Shown here piece by piece: positions 40,100 through 51,112 of a stretch of 64,000 bases of DNA. The notes beneath the pieces were generated by a model. That model saw nothing but the letters and a program-made list of their open reading frames with translations. It was not told where the DNA came from and made no database searches. Source of the stretch: Vicinamibacterales bacterium (GTDB lineage Bacteria; Acidobacteriota; Vicinamibacteria; Vicinamibacterales; UBA2999); contig DASROF010000017.1 in NCBI GenBank assembly GCA_035647075.1, forward strand, positions 10,718 to 74,717, given 5' to 3'. Positions within the stretch are counted from its first letter, which is position 1, and each line of letters begins with the position of its first letter. A program made the position numbers and the translations under genes.

Positions 40100-40858
40100 A
40101 TGAACCATGAGGACCTGCAGCGGCTGCTGACTGACGTCAAGGGCGGAGCGCTCGAGACGCAGCACGCGGCGGAGCGAATTCTCGAAGCACTGCGCGCTGC
40201 CCCGTTCGAAGACCTGGGCTTTGCACGGGTCGACACACATCGTGAGGTTCGGCAGGGCTTCCCCGAGGTGATCCTGGGCCTCGGAAAGGCCCCGGCTCAG
40301 ATTGCTGCCATCGCCGAGCGCATCATCGCGCGGGGACAGACGCTGCTGGTCAGCCGCGCCACCCGCGACGCGTTCGATGCCGTGCGCACGATTGCACCCG
40401 CATGCGAGTACCACGAGGACGCTCGCATGATCACGCTCAAGCAGGCCGCCGTTCCGAAAGGTGTCGGCACGGTCCTCGTCGCGTGCGCAGGCACGTCCGA
40501 TTTACCCATCGCAGAGGAGGCGGCGATCACTGCGGACGTGATGGGGAATGCGGTGGACCGTCTTTACGACGTCGGCGTCGCGGGGATCCATCGGTTGTTG
40601 CAGGAGCGCGCGCGGCTCGAATCCGCGCGCGTCGTGATCGTCGTCGCGGGAATGGAAGGCGCCCTGCCGAGCGTGATCGCGGGATTGATTCAGACGCCGG
40701 TGATTGCAGTGCCGACCAGTGTCGGCTATGGCGCAAGCTTCGGTGGACTCGCCGCGTTGCTCGGCATGCTCAACAGCTGCGCGAACGGCGTGGCGGTGGT
40801 GAATATCGACAACGGCTTCGGCGCGGCATGCATGGCCAGCGCGATCAATCATCTCTAA
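40100..40858 (+). CDS. larB: Nickel-pincer cofactor biosynthesis protein LarB (PurE-like)
   Basis: RVDTHREVRQGFPEVI, VACAGTSDLPIAEEA, VAGMEGALPSV and VPTSVGYGASFGGLAALL blocks. The start was moved to MNHEDL. Confidence 0.8.
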   Translation: MNHEDLQRLLTDVKGGALETQHAAERILEALRAAPFEDLGFARVDTHREVRQGFPEVILGLGKAPAQIAAIAERIIARGQTLLVSRATRDAFDAVRTIAPACEYHEDARMITLKQAAVPKGVGTVLVACAGTSDLPIAEEAAITADVMGNAVDRLYDVGVAGIHRLLQERARLESARVVIVVAGMEGALPSVIAGLIQTPVIAVPTSVGYGASFGGLAALLGMLNSCANGVAVVNIDNGFGAACMASAINHL

Positions 40859-40885
40859 ACCACGCAGACCACGAAAGTCAGCAAC

Positions 40886-41431
40886 CTGGCCCAGACCGCG
40901 ACCGTCTACTCTGCGACGATCGATCTCGCCGACATGGATCGCAGCGTCTACGAGACGCTGGATCTGCGCGTCGCGCGACACCCGTCGGAGACCGCCGAGT
41001 ACATGCTGGTCCGCATCCTTGCCTACTGCCTGGAGTATCAGGAGGGGATCGCGCTGACTGAAGGCGTGTCGTCGGGCGACGAGCCGGCGCTTGTCGTCCG
41101 CGACCTGACCGGCAGGATCACCGCCTGGATCGAGGTCGGGATGCCCGACGCAGAGCGGCTACATCGCGGCAGCAAGCGTGCCGATCGCGTGGCCGTCTAC
41201 ACGCATCGAGACGTGCGCCAGTTGATTGGCAACCTGGAGGGGCAGCGTATCCATCGATCACAGGACATCCCGATCCGCGCCTTCGATCGGACCCTCGTCG
41301 AGGAGATCGCCGCCCACCTCGCCCGCCGGATCTCCATGTCGATCTCGGTGAGCGGCGGCGAGCTGTTCATCGGGCTGGGCGAGCGGTCGTGGACCGTGCC
41401 GCTCGTCGAGCATCGTCTCAGTCCTCAATGA
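40886..41431 (+). CDS. yaeQ: YaeQ-family protein (proposed CTG start; first ATG at 40934)
   Basis: DLADMDRSVYETLDLRVARHPSETAEYMLVRILAY is a YaeQ hallmark. The conserved N-terminal strand ATVYSATI lies upstream of the first ATG in the same open frame. Confidence 0.7.
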   Translation: MAQTATVYSATIDLADMDRSVYETLDLRVARHPSETAEYMLVRILAYCLEYQEGIALTEGVSSGDEPALVVRDLTGRITAWIEVGMPDAERLHRGSKRADRVAVYTHRDVRQLIGNLEGQRIHRSQDIPIRAFDRTLVEEIAAHLARRISMSISVSGGELFIGLGERSWTVPLVEHRLSPQ

Positions 41432-41904
41432 CCTCGGATTGAGAGGTCTCCCTGTGTGATCGGACGATCTGCAATGTGTGCCGCGACGCAGGGCAAAGGC
41501 GTTGCGGAGCGAATGAGTGACACGAGATCAATGCCCTCATCCCGCTTACCGCCGTCCTGAATGGACAGTCGAAAGGCGGCCGTCCCCTGGCGGTTGCCTG
41601 GATGATTCGAACCATCGAACGAATCGATCGTGCCAGAGAACAAGACGTTACCGGCCGAGCGACGGTAGTAGCAATGGACTGTCCCTCTGAAGCTGACACC
41701 GTCGTGGTTGCGAACGATGATTTCTCCGCGCCCCTCCCGTGCCCGCACGCTGAAGGTGGCGGCCGCGTCGACCCCGAGAACGGTTCGCCATTCAATCGAA
41801 CCGGACGCCCCCTCAGGAGCAGCATCCTGCGCACGCGCGTGGTGGGGAGCCGCAGTCATCAGTCCGAATCCGACCAGAAAGGATGCGACCAGCCCCCTCA
41901 TCAT
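41425..41904 (-). CDS. Hypothetical secreted protein
   Basis: Signal peptide MMRGLVASFLVGFGLMTAAPHHARAQ. No family was recognised. Confidence 0.5.
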   Translation of the reverse strand: MMRGLVASFLVGFGLMTAAPHHARAQDAAPEGASGSIEWRTVLGVDAAATFSVRAREGRGEIIVRNHDGVSFRGTVHCYYRRSAGNVLFSGTIDSFDGSNHPGNRQGTAAFRLSIQDGGKRDEGIDLVSLIRSATPLPCVAAHIADRPITQGDLSIRGH

Positions 41905-42082
41905 TCACACTCCGGCATTCCATCTCGGGCGCCGGCCGCTTCTACCACTCGTTCCGAGTCGGCGTGTGCGAGAACGTCTCGCCTCAGTTTAGTACCCGTT
42001 TTCAGAGACCGCGGCGCTAGAATCGAGCCGCGCTCGTCAGGCCGCGCCAGGCGGTCCGACGAATAACCGTTCGAGGCGGCCG

Positions 42083-43123
42083 ATGAGATCACCACGCGTC
42101 ATAGTCATCGTGCTTGCGCTTGCGTCAGCGACTCCAGCGGCGGCACTGGCGCAGTGGCTCAATTACCCGACACCAGGCATTCCGCGGCTGCCTGACGGAA
42201 GGCCGAACCTCTCGGCACCCGCGCCGAGGACGCCGGACGGGAAGCCGGACTTATCGGGCGTGTGGAGGGGCGCAGGTCCGATCTATCGATTCAACATCGC
42301 TCAGGATCTCGACACCAGGGATGTCCAGCCCTGGGCCGAAGCGCTCTTCCTCAAGCGCGTTCGGGAGTCACGAAAAGACAGTCCCCTGGCCCGGTGCATG
42401 CCGGTCAGTGTGCCCTTCCACAATTTCTTCAATCTGACGCGCGTCGTGCAGACACCGTCGTTGATGGTGATGCTGTATGAATCGCCAAACAGTCCGCATC
42501 GTACGATCTACACCGATGGGCGCGAGTTGCCGAAGGATCCGAATCCCGCGTTCCTCGGGTACTCAGTTGGCCGCTGGGACGGCGAGACGTTCGTGGTGAC
42601 CAGTGCAGGTTTCAACGCGCTCGGATGGCTGGATAGTTCGGGCCATCCTCAGACCGAGTCGCTCCGTCTCACCGAACGCATGCGGCGGCGCGACTTTGGT
42701 CATTTGGACTTCGAGATCACCATCGACGATCCCACCGTGTTCACGAAGCCGTTCACGATCAAGACGGAGCGTGTGCTGGCAGCGGACACCGACCTGCTCG
42801 AGGACTATTGCGAAAACGAGCGCAGTCGAGCCCATTTCTCCATCGACACATCAATCAAAGTGAGCCCATCGGTAGTGGCCGCATACGCGGGGGTCTATGC
42901 GCTTGGCCCGGGCCGCGATATCACGGTCAGCGTGGTGGACGACCTCGTGTTCGTGCGCGGACTCAACGAGCCCAAGGTGCCGCTGATTCCCACCTCCGCG
43001 ACCGCATTCATGTCCACCACGACGTCAGCCGGCTTCGAGTTCGTGAAAGACAAACAGGGCACGGTGACCCACGTGATTATTCGCGGCATCGCAGACGAGC
43101 AGAAGGCGGTCCGGAAGAAGTAG
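42083..43123 (+). CDS. Hypothetical secreted protein
   Basis: Signal peptide MRSPRVIVIVLALASATPAAALAQ. A coherent 346-aa ORF with no recognised family. Confidence 0.55.
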   Translation: MRSPRVIVIVLALASATPAAALAQWLNYPTPGIPRLPDGRPNLSAPAPRTPDGKPDLSGVWRGAGPIYRFNIAQDLDTRDVQPWAEALFLKRVRESRKDSPLARCMPVSVPFHNFFNLTRVVQTPSLMVMLYESPNSPHRTIYTDGRELPKDPNPAFLGYSVGRWDGETFVVTSAGFNALGWLDSSGHPQTESLRLTERMRRRDFGHLDFEITIDDPTVFTKPFTIKTERVLAADTDLLEDYCENERSRAHFSIDTSIKVSPSVVAAYAGVYALGPGRDITVSVVDDLVFVRGLNEPKVPLIPTSATAFMSTTTSAGFEFVKDKQGTVTHVIIRGIADEQKAVRKK

Positions 43124-43147
43124 CGTCGGCGGACGTGCTGCGAGATC

Positions 43148-43987
43148 TTGTCGCCGGCCTCGGTTTTCGTAAATCGATCGAGCGCAATCAGATGCAATTG
43201 CCGGCCGCCCTGTGCCGGTACCAACGTTGCGAGCCTGCGTTCTGTGGAACCGCAGCGACCGACCGAGCAGCTGTCTATCGATTGGGCAGCTAACGAGACG
43301 CCCGCCCAGAAACCGGCTCCGCCAGTCGCGGCCGTTGAAGCAGGACCGAAGGAAGCAGGGCGGAAGTCTGCTGGCCGATCGCCTGTCGTCCCGATTGTCA
43401 CCACGGGCGCAATCGTAGGCGCGATGGCGATGCTGGCTTTCGTGAGCGTTCGCCCGGAGCCACGAATGGCGGCGCCGCCCGCGACCGCCACCGCCATCGC
43501 CCCGGCACCTGCGACTGCACCTGCACCTGCCTACGTCGAAACCATTCCTCCACCGACCTGGACGGGCGGGCCGCGAGCCAGCTGGTTACGCGATGGCTCG
43601 AAGACGATCACCTTCCAACTGGCGGCCACACGCGACCTCTCGGTCTGGATGAACAAGGCGCGGCCCGCTCTCGCGGCCCGTTGCCTGTATCACGCGATCG
43701 AAGTCTTCGTGGTGCTCGACACGTCCGCCAGCTTCGAACACGACGCCGATCGACGCACGGTCCGCGTGCAGTGGGACGACGAGCCTGCGACCGTTCAGCA
43801 GTGGGGAGTCTCGGAAAGCGGTCGGGAACTCTTTGCTCCGGATGGAAAGGCTTTCATGGAGCGATTGGCAACCTCCCGCCGGCTGCAGTTCGGCTTTACC
43901 CCGTTCAACGCTGATCCGGTGACGGCCGAGTTTGCCGTGCAAGGATTCGATCGCCTCGCTGGCCTGGTGACGAGCACCTGCAAATAG
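43148..43987 (+). CDS. Hypothetical membrane-anchored protein with a C-terminal domain vaguely VasI-like
   Basis: One TM (VVPIVTTGAIVGAMAMLAFV). The C-terminal domain has a Cys...Cys frame (LAARCLYH...GLVTSTCK). There is no in-frame ATG near the 5' end (TTG 43148 or GTG 43244), so the start is uncertain. Confidence 0.4.
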   Translation: MSPASVFVNRSSAIRCNCRPPCAGTNVASLRSVEPQRPTEQLSIDWAANETPAQKPAPPVAAVEAGPKEAGRKSAGRSPVVPIVTTGAIVGAMAMLAFVSVRPEPRMAAPPATATAIAPAPATAPAPAYVETIPPPTWTGGPRASWLRDGSKTITFQLAATRDLSVWMNKARPALAARCLYHAIEVFVVLDTSASFEHDADRRTVRVQWDDEPATVQQWGVSESGRELFAPDGKAFMERLATSRRLQFGFTPFNADPVTAEFAVQGFDRLAGLVTSTCK

Positions 43988-44103
43988 GCCGGAACCCCGG
44001 CGCCCGTCCGGTCCTCCCCCCTCCGACTCTTTTCGATCCAGCGTTTTCGGAGTTTGTATACTGACAAGTCACCGCTCCGCCACTTCCTCGCACAGACACA
44101 GCA

Positions 44104-46584
44104 ATGCACGCAGGCGCCCTCCGGGCCCTTGAATTCGATCGGATCGTCGCCGTCGTCGCCGGGCTGTCCGTCACGCCAACCGGACAGGATCGGCTCGCCG
44201 AGCTCGAACCGTTGATCGACGCTTCGGCTGTCGCGCGCACGCAGCGGGCGACCACGGAGGGCACGCGGTTCCTCGCCGACCATCCGGGCTTCCCTCTCCG
44301 CGCACCGTCGGACCTCGACGCGATCATCGCGGCGTTGGGAGTTGAAGGACGTGCGCTGGAGCCGTTGCGGCTCGTTGGCCTGGCGGACTATCTCGAATCG
44401 ATCGAGCAGACGCGAGCCGCGGTGCGTGGTGTCGCCCCGTCGTTTCCGTTGTTGACGGCGCTGGTCGACACCGTGGCCTCGTTCAGGAGCGAGATCGCTG
44501 ACGTGCGACGCAAGATCGAGCCGTCAGGCGACGTTGCCGACAACGCCAGCCCGGCACTCGCGTCCATTCGCGAACGCTTGCGCAGGCAGAAATCGCGACT
44601 GCGATCCACGCTCGATTCGTTCCTGCGAGGACGGGAGACGTCGAAGTACCTGCAGGAGCAGGTCGTCACCGATCGCAATGGCCGGCACGTCCTGATGGTG
44701 CGTGCCGAACATCGCGGCGCGATTCCCGGCATCGTCCACGGCGGCTCCGCCAGCGGCGCGAGCCTCTTCGTCGAGCCGATGGAGACGGTGGAGATCAACA
44801 ACGAAATCGTCGAGCTCGAGGAACAGGAGGCCGAAGAGGTCCGGCGAATCCTGCTGGAACTGACCGACGCATTCAGGGGCCGTCCGGACGATCTGACTCG
44901 CACGCTCGGCGTGGCCACGGAGCTGGACGTCATCCAGGCGCGCGCACGGTTCTCTCTGATGACCGATGCGGTGGAGCCGGTGATCGCTGCTGACGGAAGC
45001 TTCGAGCTTCGCGGCGCCCGGCATCCCCTGCTGATGAGGAGGGTGAACGAGCGGTTGGAGGACGGTCGCGAGGACGGTGGGATCGATCCAGTGCCGGTCG
45101 ACATCCTGCTCACGCCTCCCACGCGCGTCCTGGTGATCACCGGACCGAACACCGGCGGAAAGACTGTCGCCCTCAAAACGGCTGGACTGCTTTCCTTGAT
45201 GGCGCAGTCCGGTCTGCACATTCCCGCCGACAAGGGATCGAAGCTGCCGGTCTTCGGGTCCGTGTTCGCGGACATCGGCGACGAGCAGTCGATTTCCGCA
45301 AGCCTCAGTACCTTCTCGGCGCACATCACCAACGTGGTGTCGATGGATCGCACGCTGACGCTGCCGACGCTGATCCTGCTCGACGAAGTGGGCGCTGGCA
45401 CCGACCCGGTCGAAGGCGGGGCACTCGGCACCGCGGTCATCGATCACTTCCGGCGACGCGGCGCGCATCTCATTGCCACGACGCACTATGACTCGCTCAA
45501 GTCGTATGCGTCGACGACGGACGGAGTCGTCAGCGCGGCGTTCGGCTTCAATCCTGAGAATTTTGCGCCTACCTATAAGCTCATATACGGATCACCCGGC
45601 CGGAGCCTGGCGATTGAGATCGCCGCGCGGCTCGGGATGCCTGCGGATGTCGTCGCCGCAGCGCGCGAGAATCTCACCGAGCGCGAGAAGCAGCTCGCCG
45701 AGCATCTGGCGCGCGTCGACGATGACCTGAGAGCGCTGGAACGGGAGCGTAAACAGGCGACTGCGGAGCGGCTTGCCGTCGCCGACGCTGAGCGAAAGTT
45801 GCGCGCGCGCGAGGCGGCCGTGCGCGATCGCGAAGAGACATTCCGCAAGCGACTCGATTCACGGCTCGAGGAGCAGGTTCGCGCGGCCCGGAAAGAGATC
45901 GACACCGTCATCGAAGGGCTGAAGGCCCGCGCTGCCGAGCTGTCGCAGCAGGCGTCGGTTCGTCTTCGCTCAGGGGACAAGACGCGCGTCGCAGGTATCA
46001 GCACGGGCGAGACCGGTGCCGTGCGGGCCGATGCGCGCGCGGCGCTGGATGATGTGGTCTCGCGTCTCAAGGTCGGCGCGGGAGTCGGACCATCGCAGGG
46101 TCCGTCGCAGCAAGCCGAAGGCGAGATCGAGGTGGGATCGCGCGTGACTGTCGGTGCCCTCGGGCTCGAAGGAGTCGTCGTTGAGCTGCACGGCAAGCAC
46201 GCGGAAATCGATATGCGAGGGAAACGGCTACGCGCGCCCCTTCGGGATCTGCGGATCGCCGGGTCCGCCGCAGACTCCGCTGAGCGGAACGCTGTCCACA
46301 GAATCCGGGTCAATGTGGATCTGGTGCCTCGCACGGGCTCACTGAGCGAGCTGAACGTCATCGGCAACACGGTCGACGAAGCGCTCACCCGGCTCGAGAA
46401 ATTCCTCGACGAGGCCATGACCACTGACCTCCGCGAGCTGAGAATCGTCCACGGCCACGGCACGGGACAGCTGCGGCGCGCCATCGGCGCGTTTCTGAAG
46501 GAACATCCGTTGGTCGCGAACATCAGCACCGCGCCTCAGAATCAGGGTGGCGGTGGGGCGACGATCGTGGAATTGAAGGACTAG
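44104..46584 (+). CDS. mutS2: Endonuclease MutS2 (Smr domain)
   Basis: Walker A ITGPNTGGKT, LLDEVGAGTDP, a long coiled coil, and a C-terminal Smr domain (LRIVHGHGTGQLR). Confidence 0.92.
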   Translation: MHAGALRALEFDRIVAVVAGLSVTPTGQDRLAELEPLIDASAVARTQRATTEGTRFLADHPGFPLRAPSDLDAIIAALGVEGRALEPLRLVGLADYLESIEQTRAAVRGVAPSFPLLTALVDTVASFRSEIADVRRKIEPSGDVADNASPALASIRERLRRQKSRLRSTLDSFLRGRETSKYLQEQVVTDRNGRHVLMVRAEHRGAIPGIVHGGSASGASLFVEPMETVEINNEIVELEEQEAEEVRRILLELTDAFRGRPDDLTRTLGVATELDVIQARARFSLMTDAVEPVIAADGSFELRGARHPLLMRRVNERLEDGREDGGIDPVPVDILLTPPTRVLVITGPNTGGKTVALKTAGLLSLMAQSGLHIPADKGSKLPVFGSVFADIGDEQSISASLSTFSAHITNVVSMDRTLTLPTLILLDEVGAGTDPVEGGALGTAVIDHFRRRGAHLIATTHYDSLKSYASTTDGVVSAAFGFNPENFAPTYKLIYGSPGRSLAIEIAARLGMPADVVAAARENLTEREKQLAEHLARVDDDLRALERERKQATAERLAVADAERKLRAREAAVRDREETFRKRLDSRLEEQVRAARKEIDTVIEGLKARAAELSQQASVRLRSGDKTRVAGISTGETGAVRADARAALDDVVSRLKVGAGVGPSQGPSQQAEGEIEVGSRVTVGALGLEGVVVELHGKHAEIDMRGKRLRAPLRDLRIAGSAADSAERNAVHRIRVNVDLVPRTGSLSELNVIGNTVDEALTRLEKFLDEAMTTDLRELRIVHGHGTGQLRRAIGAFLKEHPLVANISTAPQNQGGGGATIVELKD

Positions 46585-46601
46585 TGATTTCTGACTCCTG
46601 A

Positions 46602-48365
46602 ATGGCGCTTTTTCCTCAGCGATTCATCGACGACCTGAAACAGCAGGCCGACATCGTCGTCGTGATTCAGGACTACGTGTCGCTGAAGAAGGCGGGAGCG
46701 ACCTATAAGGGTCTGTGCCCGTTTCACGGCGAGAAAACCCCCTCGTTCCAGGTGCACCGCGACAAGGGATTCTTCCACTGCTTCGGGTGCGGCGTCGGCG
46801 GCGATGTCATCAAGTTTCTGGAGCTGCACGAGAAGGTTGGCTTTACCGACGCCGTGAAGCAGCTGGCCCAGCGCTTCGGCGTTGCGATTCCTGAGCTGGA
46901 GCAGAGTGACGACCAGCGGGCGAGCACGGCCGAGCGCGAGACGCTGCTCAAGATTCATGAAGCCGCCGCCGCGTGGTTCCGCGAGCAGCTTGCGGCGCCG
47001 GCCGGAACACGCATCCGAAACCACATTGCGAGCCGCGGCATTTCCACGGAGACGAGCGCCGCACTCGGCCTCGGGTTTGCGCCGCCAGGGTGGGATGCGC
47101 TGAAGCGGACGCTGATTCAGCAGGGGTTTACGGAATCAGCGCTCGTCCGCGCCGGGTTGTTGTCGCAGCGCGAGGACGGCTCCACGATCGATCGCTTCCG
47201 CAATCGCCTGATGATTCCCATCTGCCGCGACAACGGTTCCGTCATCGCGTTTGGCGGCCGCGCACTCGATGCCGATCAGCAGCCGAAGTATCTGAACTCC
47301 CCTGAGACCCCGATCTATTCGAAGGGCCGGACCCTGTACGGGCTGAACCTGGCGAAGAACGCGCTCCGGCAACGTGGCTTTGCCGTGCTCGTTGAGGGCT
47401 ACTTCGACTTTGCGCAGGTCTACCAGGCCGGCATGCAGGGCGTGGTCGCGTCGTGCGGAACCGCGCTGACCCCCCAGCAGGCGCAGCAGCTCCGGCGCTT
47501 CACCAGTAAGGTGGTGCTGAGCTTCGATCCTGATGCGGCCGGCCAGGGCGCGGCGGCAAAATCGTGCGAAATGCTCGTTGCCGAAGGATTTGAGGTGAAC
47601 GTGGCAACCTTGCCACAGGGCGACGACCCGGACACGTTCGTCCGGAAGAACGGCGGCCAGGCCTACGGTGAACGTTTACAGAGGTCGCAGCCGTATTTGG
47701 AGTACCTGCTCGACCGCGCCGCGGCCGGGCACAACCTCAACAGCGATGAAGGCCGCGTGAATTTCCTGAATGAACTGCTCCCGGTGGCGGGCCGGATTCC
47801 TGACGCGGCACGGCGGGACCGTTTTGCGGATCGCCTTTCCCACAAGGCCCGCGTCACCGAAGACGTGGTCCGGGCGCAGATCCGCCAGGCCGTTTCGCAG
47901 AAGCAAACGACTATTTCTGCCCGTGAACTCCCCAATGTCGGTCAGGTCACCAAGGCAGAAAAAGGGCTCATCTGGCTCCTGGTCCACAATCACAACGCGG
48001 CCCTGACGGCGCTGGAAAGCCTCGAGCCGATGGATCTTAAGGGCCTGAGCGCCGGATCGGTGCTGGATCTTGCGCGCAAACTGAACGAAGATAGGGGTTT
48101 CTCTCCAGCCGCGCTGCTCGAGCGTCTAACCATGGCAGAGGCCAATCTGGTCACCGCCATTGCCAGCGAACGGGAGCCTCACGTCCACGACGCGGAGGGT
48201 TGTACGCGAATAATCCGCCGATTGCGGTGTGAACGGGAATACGCCGAGCTGCAACGCGAGATTGATCGATTGCAGGAACTCGGCGCCAAAGCGCACGGCT
48301 CGGAGATCGACGCCCTCTGGGCGCGCAAGCTGGATTTGAAGCATCGGATGGAAGGCCTCATATAG
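46602..48365 (+). CDS. dnaG: DNA primase
   Basis: Zinc finger CPFHGEKTPSF.V....FHCFGCG, and a TOPRIM region (VLVEGYFD, SFDPDAAGQ). Confidence 0.92.
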   Translation: MALFPQRFIDDLKQQADIVVVIQDYVSLKKAGATYKGLCPFHGEKTPSFQVHRDKGFFHCFGCGVGGDVIKFLELHEKVGFTDAVKQLAQRFGVAIPELEQSDDQRASTAERETLLKIHEAAAAWFREQLAAPAGTRIRNHIASRGISTETSAALGLGFAPPGWDALKRTLIQQGFTESALVRAGLLSQREDGSTIDRFRNRLMIPICRDNGSVIAFGGRALDADQQPKYLNSPETPIYSKGRTLYGLNLAKNALRQRGFAVLVEGYFDFAQVYQAGMQGVVASCGTALTPQQAQQLRRFTSKVVLSFDPDAAGQGAAAKSCEMLVAEGFEVNVATLPQGDDPDTFVRKNGGQAYGERLQRSQPYLEYLLDRAAAGHNLNSDEGRVNFLNELLPVAGRIPDAARRDRFADRLSHKARVTEDVVRAQIRQAVSQKQTTISARELPNVGQVTKAEKGLIWLLVHNHNAALTALESLEPMDLKGLSAGSVLDLARKLNEDRGFSPAALLERLTMAEANLVTAIASEREPHVHDAEGCTRIIRRLRCEREYAELQREIDRLQELGAKAHGSEIDALWARKLDLKHRMEGLI

Positions 48366-48413
48366 GGCGGGTCCGCGTGGACCCGACACACTTATCGGTC
48401 CGGAGGAAAGACC

Positions 48414-50123
<1,710 letters not shown>

Positions 50124-50214
50124 GTGGAAACGTCGAAAACTGAAAGAGCGGAAAAGTAAGTTGAACGTGATCCGAGCTGCTTCATCGCGTCACAGTTACT
50201 TCGACATTTACTTG

Positions 50215-50257
50215 TTCCACTTTTCCACTTTTCCACTTGTTCCACTTGTTCCACTTG
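50215..50257. repeat. TTCCAC-word tandem array (8-9 bp period, x5)
   Basis: TTCCACTT TTCCACTT TTCCACTTG TTCCACTTG TTCCACTTG, between rpoD and the tRNA. Confidence 0.9.
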
Positions 50258-50271
50258 CGCGAAGCGCCCGG

Positions 50272-50344
50272 GGGCCCGTAGCTCAGCGGTTAGAGCGGCC
50301 GGCTCATAATCGGTTGGTCCCAGGTTCGAATCCTGGCGGGCCCA
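50272..50344 (+). tRNA. tRNA with CAT anticodon (Met by sequence; features favour lysidine-modified tRNA-Ile2)
   Basis: Manual cloverleaf: acceptor GGGCCCG/CGGGCCC, D arm GCTC-AGCGGTTA-GAGC, anticodon arm GCCGG-CTCATAA-TCGGT, variable TGGTC, T arm CCAGG-TTCGAAT-CCTGG and discriminator A. No encoded CCA. Confidence 0.9.
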
Positions 50345-50350
50345 CTCACC

Positions 50351-51091
50351 ATGTCTCCTGATCTCCAGCGCCTCATCGACCTGCAGCGGCTGGAATCGGC
50401 GATCGCCGACGCAAAGGCGAGAATCGCCACTCATCCACAACGACTCGCCGACGCCGACGCGCAGCTCGCATCTGCCAGCAGCGTTCTCGAATCCGCAAAG
50501 GACCGTCTGAAGGATAACCAGGAAGCGCGCCGGGCGCTGGAGAAGGACGTCGCTCTGTATCAGGGGCGTCTCTCGAAGTTCCGGGATCAGCAGTCAGCGG
50601 TCAAGACGAACAAGGAGTACCAGGCGCTCGGCCACGAAATCGAAACCGCGCAGCATGATCTCGGCGGGGTCGAGGAGAAGGTCATCGAACGGATGGTCGA
50701 AGCCGACACCATTGCCGCCGACGTCAAGCAGGCGGAGACAGCGTTCGCTGCGCGCAAGAAGGAGATTGAAGCGCAGAAAAAGCAGATGAGCGACGAGCTC
50801 GCTGGCATCGAAGCGACCTTGAACAGTGCCACCAAGGAACGTGCCGCCCTGCTGACGCAGATTGATCAACGGCTGGTCTCGACGTTCGAGCAGGTTGCGC
50901 GCGTCCGCAAGGGCATCGCCGTGAGCATGGCCACCCGCGACGGCCTCTGCTCGCTCTGCCACGTGCGTCTGCGGCCGCACGTCTTTCAGCAGATCCGCCA
51001 GAACGACACGATCATCCAGTGCGACCATTGTCAGCGGATCCTCTACTACGTGCCTCCCCCGCCGCCGGCTGAAGGCGCCATCATCCGCTAG
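50351..51091 (+). CDS. C4-type zinc-ribbon / coiled-coil protein (COG1579 family)
   Basis: A long coiled coil followed by CSLCHVRL...QCDHCQRILY. Confidence 0.75.
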   Translation: MSPDLQRLIDLQRLESAIADAKARIATHPQRLADADAQLASASSVLESAKDRLKDNQEARRALEKDVALYQGRLSKFRDQQSAVKTNKEYQALGHEIETAQHDLGGVEEKVIERMVEADTIAADVKQAETAFAARKKEIEAQKKQMSDELAGIEATLNSATKERAALLTQIDQRLVSTFEQVARVRKGIAVSMATRDGLCSLCHVRLRPHVFQQIRQNDTIIQCDHCQRILYYVPPPPPAEGAIIR

Positions 51092-51112
51092 CTGAGCGAG
51101 CGAGTCGAAGGG

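Noticed and set aside
43148-43987. A type VI secretion locus, suggested by the VasI-like domain.
   Set aside because: No TssA-M, Hcp, VgrG or ClpV genes are in the window, and the resemblance is only a loose pattern match.
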